A stretch of DNA of 64,000 nucleotides, from NCBI GenBank assembly GCA_963813715.1, contig CAWFAK010000007.1, positions 480,001 through 544,000 of the forward strand, read 5' to 3'. The stretch comes from an uncultured Planctomycetaceae bacterium (GTDB lineage Bacteria; Planctomycetota; Planctomycetia; Planctomycetales; Planctomycetaceae). How positions within the stretch are numbered: the first letter of the stretch is position 1; each line of letters begins with the position of its first letter. The translations under genes and the position numbers were made by a program. This document shows, in pieces, positions 1-10,922 of this stretch. Under the pieces are notes generated by a model. The model saw only the letters and a program-made list of their open reading frames with translations. It did no database searches and was not told the DNA's origin.

Positions 1-385
1 TCAGCGTGTGGGAACTCGAGACCGGCAGACCGTACCACCACGTCCCCAAGTTCCAGATGACGCCCGCAAGCAGGAGCGAGATGACCATTACGATCGATCG
101 CAGCGTCGAGCTGGCGATCAGTACGTCGACCGGCAGCAGGTTGACGATCGCGAAGGCGACCGCCGTCCCACCCAGCACGACGCCCAGGAAGTTGCAACAT
201 CCGGAATAGACGACGGCGGGCATGGGCTTGAGCGTGCCCGTATAGATCACCGTCGTGACGGCGTTGGCCGTATCGTGGAAGCCGTTGATGAACTCGAAGG
301 CGAAGGCGACGAACAGCGCGAACCCAAAGCAAAGCTGCTGTTGGATCGTCAGTTCGTGTAGAGCTTCCCAAAGCGACGCGCTCAC
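1..385 (-). CDS. pitA: Inorganic phosphate transporter (PiT family), N-terminal part, runs off the window
   Basis: Manual minus-strand translation gives FEFINGFHDTANAVTTVIYT and WNLGTWWYGLPVSSSHTL, both PiT signatures. Not in the ORF track. Confidence 0.9.
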   Translation of the reverse strand, partial: MSASLWEALHELTIQQQLCFGFALFVAFAFEFINGFHDTANAVTTVIYTGTLKPMPAVVYSGCCNFLGVVLGGTAVAFAIVNLLPVDVLIASSTLRSIVMVISLLLAGVIWNLGTWWYGLPVSSSHTL

Positions 386-418
386 CGCGCACTCTCCGGT
401 TGCAACTGTGCGCCGTCG

Positions 419-1831
419 CTATTCGGTCAGGGCGGCCGACAGGACTTTTCCGTCAGCCCCCGTCAGAGGGAGCGTCAAGAGGCGGGCGATGGTCGGGGCC
501 ACGTCGGTGTTTTGGATCTCGCCGAGCTGGGTTCGCGGCTTGATGCCCGCGCCCCACGCAATGAACGTCGCGGCCATGCAGGGCAGATTCTCGTCGTGCC
601 CATGCATTCCGCGGAGCTCTCGACGAGGAACTGTGGGAACCGAACCGGTCGCCCCCTCGTCGAAGCAATATCCCTCTCGCGCAAATAAAACGAGGTCGGG
701 TGAGTTCGGATCGACTTGCGGCTGAGCCAGGCCGTGCAGCTTGAGTTCGTCCGGTCCGACGATTGTCGCGACACCTTCCGTATTGGAGAAGATCTGCTCG
801 ACCTGCCTGATGACTGCGTCTCGCTTGCTTTGATCGAGGACGTAAATGAAAGCGGCTCCCCCCTGGCCGAGCACGTGGACGGCGCCGCCGGCTGCCTTTC
901 CGGCTTTGACCTCGACCAGCCCGGCATCGCGCAGCGGCACGTTCGGCAGCACCAATCGCTCGACGGGCGAGAATCCGTGATCGGAAACGATCATCACGGT
1001 CAGCCCATTCGGATAGTCGCGTTTCGCCTCTTCCCAGACCTGACGGACTTGCTCGTCGGCCGCCTTGATCGCCGCGTAGGCCTCCGGCGTGCGCGGGCCC
1101 TTCGCGTGCTCGACCGAGTCGACGTGCGTGAGATGGAGCAGCGCGAGGTTCGGATGGTGATTGCGAAGGATGAAGTTGAACACTCGGGTGCACATGTCGT
1201 CGGAGGCGACCCGGAATTCTCGCCCGCCGTATTTCACGACGTCGCTCTCCGCCCAGACTCCCGCCTTTTTGCACTCCTTCATCAACGCAGGCGTGGTGTA
1301 CTGATGCAGCAGCTCATCCGAAAAGACGTCGGGCAGCGTCCAGTCGAGAGCCTTCGCCCCGCGCGTCGCCGGCCAGCGAATGGCCGCGGTCGAAAGCCCC
1401 CGGGCTTTGGCCAGGTCGTACAGCGTCGGCACGCGGACGATCTGCTCTTTGTCAAAATTTGGGTCGCCGATCATGATCACCGGCTTGCGCGTGGTCCGGT
1501 CGAAATAGTCGTTACCGACGATGCCGTGCTTTCCCGCCAACACGCCGGTGATGAGAGTGGTGTGATTGGGCCAGGTAACCGTCGGCGCACAGGCCTTCAT
1601 CCGAGCGGCGCGGGCCCCCTCTTCTCCGAGCGCTCGAATCGTCGGCATCTCGGCGCGCGGATCGTCAAAGTAGAACGCCGCCAGCCCGTCGACGCTGATC
1701 ACGACGACGGCCCGACCCTGGTCCGCAGCCGCGGCTCCGCGGACCAATCCGGGGAGCAGCACGACTGTGACTATAAATAGTGCAGCCGTGGCCCTCGCCG
1801 ACGTGCGCAATCTGGTCATTGTGGACAACAC
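419..1831 (-). CDS. Exported alkaline phosphatase superfamily nucleotide pyrophosphatase/phosphodiesterase
   Basis: Signal peptide; ISVDG, PTVTWPNHTTLITG, VSDHG and GMHG motifs. Confidence 0.88.
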   Translation of the reverse strand: MLSTMTRLRTSARATAALFIVTVVLLPGLVRGAAAADQGRAVVVISVDGLAAFYFDDPRAEMPTIRALGEEGARAARMKACAPTVTWPNHTTLITGVLAGKHGIVGNDYFDRTTRKPVIMIGDPNFDKEQIVRVPTLYDLAKARGLSTAAIRWPATRGAKALDWTLPDVFSDELLHQYTTPALMKECKKAGVWAESDVVKYGGREFRVASDDMCTRVFNFILRNHHPNLALLHLTHVDSVEHAKGPRTPEAYAAIKAADEQVRQVWEEAKRDYPNGLTVMIVSDHGFSPVERLVLPNVPLRDAGLVEVKAGKAAGGAVHVLGQGGAAFIYVLDQSKRDAVIRQVEQIFSNTEGVATIVGPDELKLHGLAQPQVDPNSPDLVLFAREGYCFDEGATGSVPTVPRRELRGMHGHDENLPCMAATFIAWGAGIKPRTQLGEIQNTDVAPTIARLLTLPLTGADGKVLSAALTE

Positions 1832-1860
1832 TCCTAAGTGGAGTTCTCAGGCTACGTCAG

Positions 1861-1893
1861 AATTGTGAACGGCCGGTTACGAATGCGTTCACA
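1861..1893 (-). promoter_or_regulatory. Candidate PhoB/OmpR-type tandem binding site
   Basis: Three 11-bp-period units on the minus strand (TGTGAACGCAT / TCGTAACCGGC / CGTTCACAATT) just upstream of the phosphodiesterase and pit genes. Confidence 0.35.
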
Positions 1894-1966
1894 TCTGGTA
1901 AAGAAACAGTCGGCGAGCGCGCTCCGAGACGCCGAGGACGGGCAATGCGATGGAGCATTGGGCTGC

Positions 1967-3220
1967 TCAGCGGCGGTCGGCGGTCATTTTGACGTCGTCG
2001 ACGAACAGGGTGCCCGTGGCGCCGTTGAGCCCGATGCGGATCACCGCCTGCCGCGCTCCCTCCGGCACCGGCACGTTGGCGCTGACGCTGACCCAGCCTG
2101 CCCACGACCCCTTGAGGTGCACGGCAATCTGCTCGCCGACGAATTTTCGCGAATCGTCGAAGGTGACTTGCAGCCCGGCTTTGTCGAACGACTCCTTGCC
2201 GTCCACGATGTGGTCGGCCCGATATTTAAAAGTGAGCCGCAGCACGGCCACTTTGCGGCCGTCGACGCCGACCGCTTGCAGCGCATGCGACCGCTGGCCG
2301 GCCACGTCGTTTTGGAAGCGGATGCAAAACTGGCCATCCGCCGCCTCGCGGCTCATCAGCGTGACCTGGCGCTGGTTGTACCAGCCGGCGAGCGACCCGT
2401 TTTCTTCGCGGTCTTCGAAGCTGCCATTGCGGATTTGGGGATCGGTCGGGTCGGGCTTCACGGTGCGCTCGCGATCCGATTGCCCCGTCATCGGGACGAA
2501 GTAAGTCGGCATGAGCTGCTCGCGGACCAGTTTGCCGTCCTTCTTCTCGAGCAGGACCATTTCCTGGTCGTAGCGGCTGCCGACCGGAATGATCATCCGC
2601 CCCCCTTCTTTGAGCTGGTCGACCAGCGGCTGCGGCACCTTCTCGGGCGAACAGGTGACGATGATCTTGTCGAACGGGGCGTATTCCTTCCAACCGGCGT
2701 AGCCGTCGCCGATCTTCGTCGTGACGTTGTGGTAGCCGAGGTGTTTGAGCCGCTTCTCAGCGGCCTGCCCCAGCGGCCTGACGATTTCGATCGAGTAAAC
2801 CTCCTTGACCAGGAGCGACAGCACGGCCGCCTGGTAGCCGCTGCCGGTGCCGATCTCGAGCACCCGATCCTCGCGCTGCGGGTCGAGCGTCTCGGTCATC
2901 TGTGCGACGACCGACGGCCAGGTAATCGTCTGCTTGTATCCGATGGGCCAGGCCGAGTCCCAATACGCTTTGGCGCGGTAAGCGGGCGGCACAAACTCGT
3001 GGCGGGGAACGCGGCGCATGGCCGCCAGCACGCGGGCGTCGTGAACTCCCGCCTTCTCGACGTAATCGGAGACCATCTTCAGCCGGGCTTGATCGTAATC
3101 CGGACTGCTCTGCCCCTGGGCGGGGCGAGTTCCCCCAGCGACGAACAACGCGGCTACAAGCAACACGGACAGGGGAAACGCGGGCACGAGCAACGTGGGG
3201 GGAGCGATGCGCTTCGGCAT
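1967..3220 (-). CDS. pcm: Protein-L-isoaspartate O-methyltransferase with signal peptide and C-terminal CBM-like domain
   Basis: VPRHEFVP, VLEIGTGSGYQAAVL, GDGYAGW and APFDKII motifs; C-terminal NGSFE...FVDDV domain. Confidence 0.88.
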   Translation of the reverse strand: MPKRIAPPTLLVPAFPLSVLLVAALFVAGGTRPAQGQSSPDYDQARLKMVSDYVEKAGVHDARVLAAMRRVPRHEFVPPAYRAKAYWDSAWPIGYKQTITWPSVVAQMTETLDPQREDRVLEIGTGSGYQAAVLSLLVKEVYSIEIVRPLGQAAEKRLKHLGYHNVTTKIGDGYAGWKEYAPFDKIIVTCSPEKVPQPLVDQLKEGGRMIIPVGSRYDQEMVLLEKKDGKLVREQLMPTYFVPMTGQSDRERTVKPDPTDPQIRNGSFEDREENGSLAGWYNQRQVTLMSREAADGQFCIRFQNDVAGQRSHALQAVGVDGRKVAVLRLTFKYRADHIVDGKESFDKAGLQVTFDDSRKFVGEQIAVHLKGSWAGWVSVSANVPVPEGARQAVIRIGLNGATGTLFVDDVKMTADRR

Positions 3221-3447
3221 CGGACGACGCCTTCGAGCAAGCTCGGCGCGGTCGAAACCGCGAATCGTGCGTTTCCGGTCGCGCCGATTGCCAGCCAACA
3301 TCGATGGTATCCGCGGGGAATTGACCAGGCGAGCGAATCCAAACCGGGAAAGCATTACGAATTTGATTTGTGCCGTGCACGTGATCCAGTACGCTGGAAC
3401 CGGCTGCGGGCGCTTTCCCCGTGTCACTTCCAGCTTGGAGACCTCGC

Positions 3448-3864
3448 ATGGGAATGCTGAAAGAGTTCAAAGAGTTTGCCATGAAGGGCAACGTCCTCGA
3501 CATGGCCGTCGGCATTATTATTGGGGCGGCGTTCGGCAAGATCGTTACCTCGCTCGTCAACGACGTGATTATGCCGCCGATCGGCGTTGTGTTGGGCAAC
3601 GTCGATTTCTCGAGTCTGGCGGTGACGTTGCGGCAGAAGACGGAGGCCGCTCCGGCCGTGACGATCCGCTACGGACTCTTCATCAACACGATCATCGACT
3701 TTGTCATCGTGGCCTTCGCGATCTTCATCGTGATCAAGCAACTCAATCGCCTAAAGCGGCCCGAAGCTCCGCCCCCGCCGACGACGAAGGACTGCCCGCG
3801 CTGCCTGATGGCCATTCCCCTCAAGGCCACGCGCTGCGGCCACTGCACAGCGGAGATCGGGTAG
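3448..3864 (+). CDS. mscL: Large-conductance mechanosensitive channel
   Basis: [31 protein letters not shown]-terminal CPRC/CGHC. Confidence 0.95.
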   Translation: MGMLKEFKEFAMKGNVLDMAVGIIIGAAFGKIVTSLVNDVIMPPIGVVLGNVDFSSLAVTLRQKTEAAPAVTIRYGLFINTIIDFVIVAFAIFIVIKQLNRLKRPEAPPPPTTKDCPRCLMAIPLKATRCGHCTAEIG

Positions 3865-3930
3865 CATTTCTCCTCAGTCACCACCAAGCCGCGGCCGGCC
3901 GGGCTGACAGAGGTCGGCCGCACGAGTCCG

Positions 3931-4476
3931 ATGCTGACTATCTACACGATCGGCCACTCGAACCATCCGCTCGATCGGTTCCTGGAGCTCTTGGCTCAAC
4001 ACAGGATCGGAGAGCTGGCCGACATTCGGCGGTTTCCCGGTTCGCGCAAACACCCGCACTTCAATCGCGAAGAGTTGCAACGCACGCTCGACCGCTCGGG
4101 GCTAGTCTACCGCTGGATGGAATCGCTGGGAGGACGACGCAAAGCGTCCGGCAGCGCCGCTTCCGAAAACCTCGCCTGGCGAAATGTCAGCTTCCGCAAC
4201 TACGCGGACTACATGGCGACGCCCGAATTTCACGCAGCGATCGACACGTTGCTCCAAGACGCCGCCGAGCATCGCACGGCCATCATGTGCGCGGAGGGGC
4301 TCTGGTGGGAGTGCCATCGCCGCCTGGTGAGCGACTTTCTCACGGTCCAGGGCGTGACGGTCGAGCACATCATGCCGAACGGGCCGGCCAAGCTGCATCG
4401 CCTGACGCCGGGGACCGTAGTCGTCGACAACCGCTTAACGTACCCTGCGTCCAAGAGTTTGTTCGACGAAGAATAG
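3931..4476 (+). CDS. DUF488 family protein
   Basis: IYTIGHSN, DIRRFPGSR, SFRNYADYM and MCAEG..W.CHR motifs. Confidence 0.9.
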   Translation: MLTIYTIGHSNHPLDRFLELLAQHRIGELADIRRFPGSRKHPHFNREELQRTLDRSGLVYRWMESLGGRRKASGSAASENLAWRNVSFRNYADYMATPEFHAAIDTLLQDAAEHRTAIMCAEGLWWECHRRLVSDFLTVQGVTVEHIMPNGPAKLHRLTPGTVVVDNRLTYPASKSLFDEE

Positions 4477-4575
4477 CTTCGGCACGCCGGCGATGTTGGG
4501 CGCCTCGCTAGGACTCGTCGATTGCTGGCTTTCCGGTTTCGCTTTCGATCGCCCCAACTGGTTTCACGCCTGACG

Positions 4576-5530
4576 ATGAACGACCCGCCGCTCGATCCAC
4601 CACCATCCTCGGCTGCGGCCGACACAGCGGCAGTGTCGTCGCAAGCCGCCTCGCTGCGACGCGGCCGGATGATGGTGGGGCTGGCGTCGTTGTTGTGGAG
4701 CACGAGCGGCGCGTTCGTCAAAAGTCCGCCGCTGGCCGCCATTCCGGAGGGTTCTCGCGGCCCGATTCTGGCCTGCTTTCGCGTGTTGGCGGCGGCCGTG
4801 GCGTTGGGCCTGTTCGTGAAGCCCCGAAACGTGCGGTGGCGGCCCATGCTGGTCCCCTTTGTGATCACGTTTGCCGGCATGAACCTGCTCTTCGTGACGG
4901 CGATGACGCGGACAACTGCCGCGGCCGCCATCTTTCTGCAGTACACGAGCACGGCGTGGGCATTCCTGTTCAGCATTTTTGTGTGGCGCGAGCGGGCCGA
5001 CATGCCCAACCTGGTGGCGCTGTTGTGTGCGCTCCTCGGTTTGGGTTGGATCGTCGCTGGCGACTGGAATACGGCCTACTTCGCCGGCAATTGCCTCGCG
5101 CTCGGCAGCGGCGTCTGTTACGCCGGAGTGATCATCACGCTCAAAATGCTGCGTGACGAAGACTCGGCGTGGCTGGTCGCTCTTGTGCCACGCAGGCGCG
5201 GGCCTGTTGCTGTTGCCGCTGGTGGCCGCGTCGAGCCTGGCGCTCTCGCCGCTGCAGTGGTCGCTGATCGCCGTCTTCGGCGTGGTCCAGATGGGGCTGC
5301 CCTACCTGATCTTCGCGAGCGCCCTGCGGCGGGTGCCGATTCAAGACGCCGCCCTGCTGACGCTGCTCGAGCCGATCTTGAATCCGCTTTGGGTGTACTG
5401 CCTATGGGGCGAACCGGTCGAACTGTCGACTTGGGTCGGGGGCGGGTTGATTCTCGGCGGACTGGCCGTCCGTACGCTGCTGCTCAGGAGGACCGAACGC
5501 CGGCCCGCGAGCGTCGAGACGCCGCAATGA
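4576..5530 (+). CDS. DMT/EamA family transporter (frameshift near 5180)
   Basis: About 10 TM segments split over two frames; LLEPILNPLWV. Confidence 0.85.
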
Positions 5531-6887
5531 GGCCCACCCAAACATCCATCACGTTGGTGTGCGTCGGTCCGGTCTTGATCAGGCCGCCGGTGCGATCGAA
5601 GAATTCGTACGCATTGTTGATCGCCAGGAACGGCGCGGGCAGACAGCCCTTGTTCGCGGGCCGATCGAATCAGGTCGGCATCGGCAACAGCTCCGGCGGC
5701 ATCGGTCGGACCGTCTTCGCCGTCGGTCCCTCCAGAGAGCAGCACGAGATCGTGCAGGCCGTCGTTCCACAGGGAGTCGATCGCGCCGAGCACCAGCTCT
5801 TGATTCCGCCCTCCCCGGCGCGGCTGGCTGGTCTGCACCAGGCGCACCGTCGTCTCGCCTCCAGCCAACAGGCAGACCGGCTCCGTGGCCGCGGCGTCCG
5901 AGTTACGAAGCGTGCCGACGTGGTGAGCCAATTGCCGTCCGACTTCGCGGGCTTCGCCCTGGTTGCGACTGCCCAACGAGCGAGTGACGTAGCCGAGCTC
6001 GGCGGCCTTGCGGGCTGCGGCGGTCAGGGCCGTCTCGTTATTGCCGATGACAAAGTTTTGGATGGTGGCGGGCAGCGGCGGATCGGGCGGTGCGTCGCGA
6101 TTGGATTCCAGCAAAGTCCAAACGGCTTCGGGCACGTCGCTGCGCCGGCCGGCAATCCGCTCGAGAATTCGCAAGGCGTCGATAACCGTCGAACGATCGG
6201 CGACCGTCGGTCCCGAGGCGATCACGTCGAGCGGATCGTCGATCACGTCGGAAATGATCAGCGTCGCGACCCGCGCGTCGCCGGCCGCACGCGCCAGTCG
6301 TCCCCCTTTGATCGCGGAGAGGTGTTTGCGCACGCAGTTGAGTTCGTTGATCGTCGCCCCGCCAGCCATCAGCAGCCGGGTGACGGCCAGCTTGTCGGCC
6401 AGGGACAAGCCGGCGAGCCGGGGCCGGCAAGAGCGCGCTTGCACCGCCCGAAATCAGGACGAGGCACAGATCGTCAGCCGAAAGTTGCCGCACGCGGTGC
6501 AAAATCTCTTCCGCGCCGGCGACTCCCTCGGCCGTCGGTTCGTTCACACCGGCCGGTCGGGCTGCGTGCAGGTGGATGCGGGCGAGCGGGCGAGACACAG
6601 TCGGCCGGCACGTTCACCCAGCCAGTCAGCCGCTCGGCCAGCGGCGTTCCGGCCAGGGCCGCTTCCAAGTCCGGCCGCCATGCCTGCCCCCGCCTTGCCG
6701 GCACCGACCGCGACGATTCGGCTCTCGGGCTGCAGCGCAAATGGCCGGCCACAGATTTCCAGCGCGTATCGGCCTGGGCACGCAGAGACTCGCGGACCAG
6801 CCGCTCGGAATTGACGGCGTCGACGCCCGCGCACCAGATGGCCAGCGCGTCGCTTCGCAGTCGTGCTGGTCCCAAGCTTGCCGTCAC
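5484..6887 (-). CDS. Glycerate 2-kinase (DUF4147/MOFRL), several frameshifts
   Basis: GAGKA, LISGGASAL, RKHLSAIKGG, GGETTV, GGRNQE, GTDGEDG and TGPTHTNVMD across frames. Confidence 0.88.
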
Positions 6888-7017
6888 AGAACGCCCCCGC
6901 TGCCCCCTCACGCGTCTCAGGCGCCATTATGCGGGCCCGAAGCGCGCAGCGGGAGGGTTCTATGGTTGAAGCAGGAGGCTGCAAAGCGGTGCCGAGCAGG
7001 CGAATCGCTTGAGCGAC

Positions 7018-7239
7018 TCAGGCGCTCGGGCGCAGCCGCGTAAAGCTCGAGAGGACTTCGTACAGGTCGCTCGAAACGCGAACCTCGTCGTCCTCGAAGT
7101 CGCGGAGCCAGGTGCGGTCCCAACGGACGGCTTCGACCAACGCTCGCGTGACTTCGCCAAAGCGCATGTTCACCTGCGCGCTGACGTCCGCCGAGCTGTC
7201 CTGATCTTCGCCGGTGAATAACCGCAACCGTGGTCGCAT
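7018..7239 (-). CDS. Small hypothetical protein (73 aa)
   Basis: MRPRLRLFTG...RTWLRDFEDDEVRVSSDLYEVL; purine-rich RBS upstream. Confidence 0.6.
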   Translation of the reverse strand: MRPRLRLFTGEDQDSSADVSAQVNMRFGEVTRALVEAVRWDRTWLRDFEDDEVRVSSDLYEVLSSFTRLRPSA

Positions 7240-7575
7240 GGGTGTCCCTTCCCTGTCGCTTGATCGACTTTGCGAGCGGCGAGCGTCACATCCTGAAACG
7301 CCGCCGACGAGTCGGCAAAGCGTCTCCATCAAGTATCGACACGCTGCCTGAGCAGACTTAACCGAAGACTCCGCGCACAACGTCCGGGTGATTTGATGCT
7401 GGCCGCCGTCGTTCGCGCTTACAACTCACCGGCAGCAACAGCCGAAATGGGTTTCGATCGCGGTCGGGAAGCGGTACAGTTTGCTGCCAGGAAAACTTGA
7501 CGCCGATCATTCTTTGTTGCGACGAACCGCCACTGAAACAGCCACTGATCGGCCAACTCGAGCGATGTCTGCCGG

Positions 7576-8155
7576 ATGCCCGACACAATCCGCTGCTTTT
7601 TGGCTCTCAAGATTCCGGCCGACACCGCGATGCGCCGCGTGCTGAAAGAGCTTGCCGCGATGGGTCGCGCGCTGAAGGCTGTGGAACCCGAGAATTTGCA
7701 CGTCACGCTCAAGTTTTTCGCCGCGGCCGAGCCCGAATCGATCCCCGAAATCGCAGCGATTGCGACTGACGCGGTCGGGAAGCATGCCCACGGCCAACTG
7801 ACCTTGACCGGGCTCGGCGCCTTTCCACACGCCGAGCGCCCGAACGTGATCTGGGCCGGGCTCGCAGGGCCAGGAGCCCAGACTCTGTGCACAATCGCCG
7901 GGGAACTCGAAGCGGCGCTCGAACCAATCGGCTTTCGAGCGGGAGAACCGACCGTTCCGCCCCACTTGACGCTGGCCCGGGTCAAATTCCGACCGCCCGA
8001 AGAACTACGCGCGCTATTGGCTCGCCACGCCAAGTACGGTCTTTCGGTACGACCACGGTCGACGAGATCGAGCTGATTCCGCTCGGAACCCGGGCCCGAG
8101 GGGTCCGCGTTACACCGTGCTCGAGCACTTTCCGCTGGGCGCGAACGCGACTTAA
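7576..8155 (+). CDS. thpR: RNA 2',3'-cyclic phosphodiesterase (2H family), 3' frameshifts
   Basis: Two HxT motifs: LHVTLKF and PHLTLAR. Confidence 0.88.
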
Positions 8156-8178
8156 CGTCCGCAAAACGGACGAGCCAT

Positions 8179-8820
8179 TCAGCTCTTGGCCGCGTCGCCC
8201 GGCCGCTGGACCCGATAAATCTCGATCAGCAGCTCGTCGGCCGACTTGAATTTCTTCTTTTGCGAGGCGACTGAATCGATCAGCTTGCGGGCGTCGGCCG
8301 CCGTGTGGCCCAAATTCACCAACGCCTGGAATGTTTCGTCGACGACGTCATGGGGCGTCCCTTCGACGCTGGGAATGTCGCGAGCCACCATCAGCGCGAA
8401 GCGGGCCATCCGCCGCCGCAGCTTGGCAACGATTCGTTCGGCCACGGCCGGCCCGATGCCGGGAAGAGCGATTAACTCTTCGAGATTCTGGTCCTCGATG
8501 GCGGCGGCCACTTCCCGCACCGGCCGCACGATCGCACGGAGCGCTTTCTTCACGCCGACTCCGTCGACCGAACAGATCGCCTCGAAGAACTCCGCTTCGG
8601 TTTCGCTCAAGAAGCCGACCAGCCGGGGGGTCATGCGGCCCTGTTGCGGGTTCCCCTCGATGTACTCGATCGTCCGCAGGCTCACCGTTTCGCCGACCTT
8701 GGTTTGCAGCTGGCGGCGGACGAAATCGGGAATGAAGACCTCGTACTCGAGTGGGCCGACTTCCAGCGTGGCTGCCGTGTCGGCCAGCCGGACGAGCTTG
8801 CCAGTAACTTTGGTGATCAT
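8179..8820 (-). CDS. ruvA: Holliday junction branch migration protein RuvA
   Basis: MITKVTGKL; HhH motifs VDGVGVKKA and [12 protein letters not shown]; follows ruvC. Confidence 0.9.
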   Translation of the reverse strand: MITKVTGKLVRLADTAATLEVGPLEYEVFIPDFVRRQLQTKVGETVSLRTIEYIEGNPQQGRMTPRLVGFLSETEAEFFEAICSVDGVGVKKALRAIVRPVREVAAAIEDQNLEELIALPGIGPAVAERIVAKLRRRMARFALMVARDIPSVEGTPHDVVDETFQALVNLGHTAADARKLIDSVASQKKKFKSADELLIEIYRVQRPGDAAKS

Positions 8821-9349
8821 GCGACGAATCGCACGCGATGATACAGACACAGGGCCAAGGCCGAGGCGTCGGCCACGTCGTTCGGCTCGAGCAGGCGTTC
8901 GAGCCGCAGTTCGCGGCTCACCGCGTGCTGCATCTGATCCTTGGAAGCGCGGCCACTGCCCGTGATCAGTTTCTTTACGTTGGTGGGCGCAAAATGAATG
9001 ACCGAGAGGCCGGCCTCGGCGGCCACCATCAAAATCGCGCCGCGCAGCGTGTGCCATCAGCAAAGCGGACTTCGGATTCTTCCCCAGCGTGAACACGCGC
9101 TCGATCGCCATCGCTTGCGGACGGAATTCCTGAATCACCTCGCGCAGACCGGTGCCGATTTCCAGCACGCGGGCGGCTAGCGAGATGCCCGTCTTCGAGC
9201 GGATGATGCCCGCCTCCCGCAGCACGGGGCCGGCCGGCGACCGCTCGAGCAGAGCATAGCCCGTGCGCGCGCAATCCGGGGTCAACGCCCAGGATGCAGG
9301 AGACCGGTTCCGTCTGCTCGCCGTCGTGCTTCGGTTCGGCTGTGTTCAC
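8817..9349 (-). CDS. ruvC: Holliday junction resolvase RuvC (frameshifted)
   Basis: [27 protein letters not shown] and DVADA across frames; GTGA overlap with the cysS stop. Confidence 0.9.
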
Positions 9350-10905
9350 GTGTCCCGCCGCCATTTGGTTCCGTCCGGGCGATCTTCCAACGTGATTTTG
9401 AGGGCCGTCAAACCCTTGCGGATCTGGTCGGCCACCGCGAAGTTTTTCGTCCGACGACTCTCTGCCCGCAGCTCGATCAGAAGCGCCATCAAGTCGTCGA
9501 CCAGCCCGTCGCTGACCGCGGCCGTTTTGGCCACCGGTTTGCGGAACAACCCCAGGACCCCGCTCAGTTCTTTGAGCAAGGTCAGCGCCGTCACCAACTC
9601 GGCTTTAGCCTTGTCGTCCGCGGCCCCGCCGGCGTCGAGTTTCTTGTTGCCGATGAAGCCGTTAATGGACCGCGACACGTCGAACAGGACGCCGATGGCG
9701 CCGCCCGTATTGAAATCGTCATCCAGGGCCGAGAGGAACCGCTCGCGCAGTTGGCCCAGCTCCTTCAAGAAGTCGGAAGGCTGTGTCCCCAGATCGGTTG
9801 AGCGCTCGCGAGAGGTCGATGCAGCCAGGGCGTAAAAGTCCTGCCCGGTGATTCGCTGAAACGCTTCAAACAACCGATAAAACCGCTCGAGACTTTCACC
9901 CTTTTGGGAAATCTGCTCGTCGCTCAATTCGATGGGGCTGCGGTAATGCGTTGAGAGCAGGAAAAAGCGAATCGTCTCCGGCGGAAAGGCGGCAAACAGT
10001 TCCTTGACCGAAGCGGCCCCCTTTGAGCCGGCCAGCTTGTTGGCCTCCTGCTCAGACTGCGACGGAGCGACGTCACCGCGACGATCGTGTCCGCCGCCCA
10101 CTTTGCCCGCGACCGGCCCCGATTGCATCAGTCCGTTATGCAGCCAATAGCGCGAAAACGGCTTGCCGCTGGCCGACTCGGACTGGGCAAGCTCGTTCTC
10201 GTGATGGGGAAACATCAAGTCGAGTCCGCCGCCATGAATGTCGATCGACTCGCCCAGAATCTGCATGCTCATTGCCGAGCACTCGATGTGCCAGCCGGGG
10301 CGGCCGGGCCCCCAGGGGCTGTCCCACGCGGGTTCGCCCGCCTTCGACTTCTTCCAGAGGGCGAAGTCGGCCGGATTCCGCTTGCGATCGTTGGCCTCGA
10401 CCCGCGTGCCGGCGAGCATTTCTTCGACGCTGCGGCGGCTGAGCTTGCCGTAGTCGGGATCCTTGAGCACCTCGAAATAGACATCGCCGTCGAGCGGATA
10501 GGCGTGGCCTTTTTCGATCAGCCGGCCGATCAACTTCTGCATCTCGCCGATGTACTTCGTGGCGTAGGGAAACTCGTCGACCGTGTCGACGCCGATCGTT
10601 GCCAGGTTGTCGAAGTAATCTTGCGTCATCTGGCCGGCCAGCGCTTCGACGGTGGTGTTCTTCTCGCGGGCCCGGTTGATCAGTTTGTCGTCCACGTCGG
10701 TGATGTTGATGATGAACTTCACCTTGTAGCCGCTATAAACCAGGTAGCGCTTGATGGTGTCGAAGATCACCGGGCCAACCATGTGGCCGATATGCGCCGG
10801 CTTGTAGACCGTCGGCCCGCAGAGGTACATGCGGACTTCCCCCGGCACCACCGTGCGAAAGTCTTCCTTTTGCCGGGTCAGCGTGTTGTAAACTCGCAAC
10901 GTCAT
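9346..10905 (-). CDS. cysS: Cysteine--tRNA ligase
   Basis: MYLCGPTVY, HIGH, DFALWK, GRPGWHIECSAM, HGGGLDLMFPHHENE. Confidence 0.97.
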   Translation of the reverse strand: MTLRVYNTLTRQKEDFRTVVPGEVRMYLCGPTVYKPAHIGHMVGPVIFDTIKRYLVYSGYKVKFIINITDVDDKLINRAREKNTTVEALAGQMTQDYFDNLATIGVDTVDEFPYATKYIGEMQKLIGRLIEKGHAYPLDGDVYFEVLKDPDYGKLSRRSVEEMLAGTRVEANDRKRNPADFALWKKSKAGEPAWDSPWGPGRPGWHIECSAMSMQILGESIDIHGGGLDLMFPHHENELAQSESASGKPFSRYWLHNGLMQSGPVAGKVGGGHDRRGDVAPSQSEQEANKLAGSKGAASVKELFAAFPPETIRFFLLSTHYRSPIELSDEQISQKGESLERFYRLFEAFQRITGQDFYALAASTSRERSTDLGTQPSDFLKELGQLRERFLSALDDDFNTGGAIGVLFDVSRSINGFIGNKKLDAGGAADDKAKAELVTALTLLKELSGVLGLFRKPVAKTAAVSDGLVDDLMALLIELRAESRRTKNFAVADQIRKGLTALKITLEDRPDGTKWRRDT

Positions 10906-10922
10906 GAGGACTCCGCTTCCCT

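Noticed and set aside
4522..6969. 815-aa ORF as one protein
   Set aside because: It is the EamA N-terminus frameshifted into the antisense shadow of the glycerate kinase gene.
7333..7361. Sigma28-like promoter (TAAG...GTCGATAC, minus strand)
   Set aside because: The spacer is 1-2 nt too long; evidence is too weak.
8179..9285. RuvC-RuvA fusion
   Set aside because: RuvC ends in another frame at 8817 with an ATGA overlap into ruvA; the apparent fusion is caused by indels.
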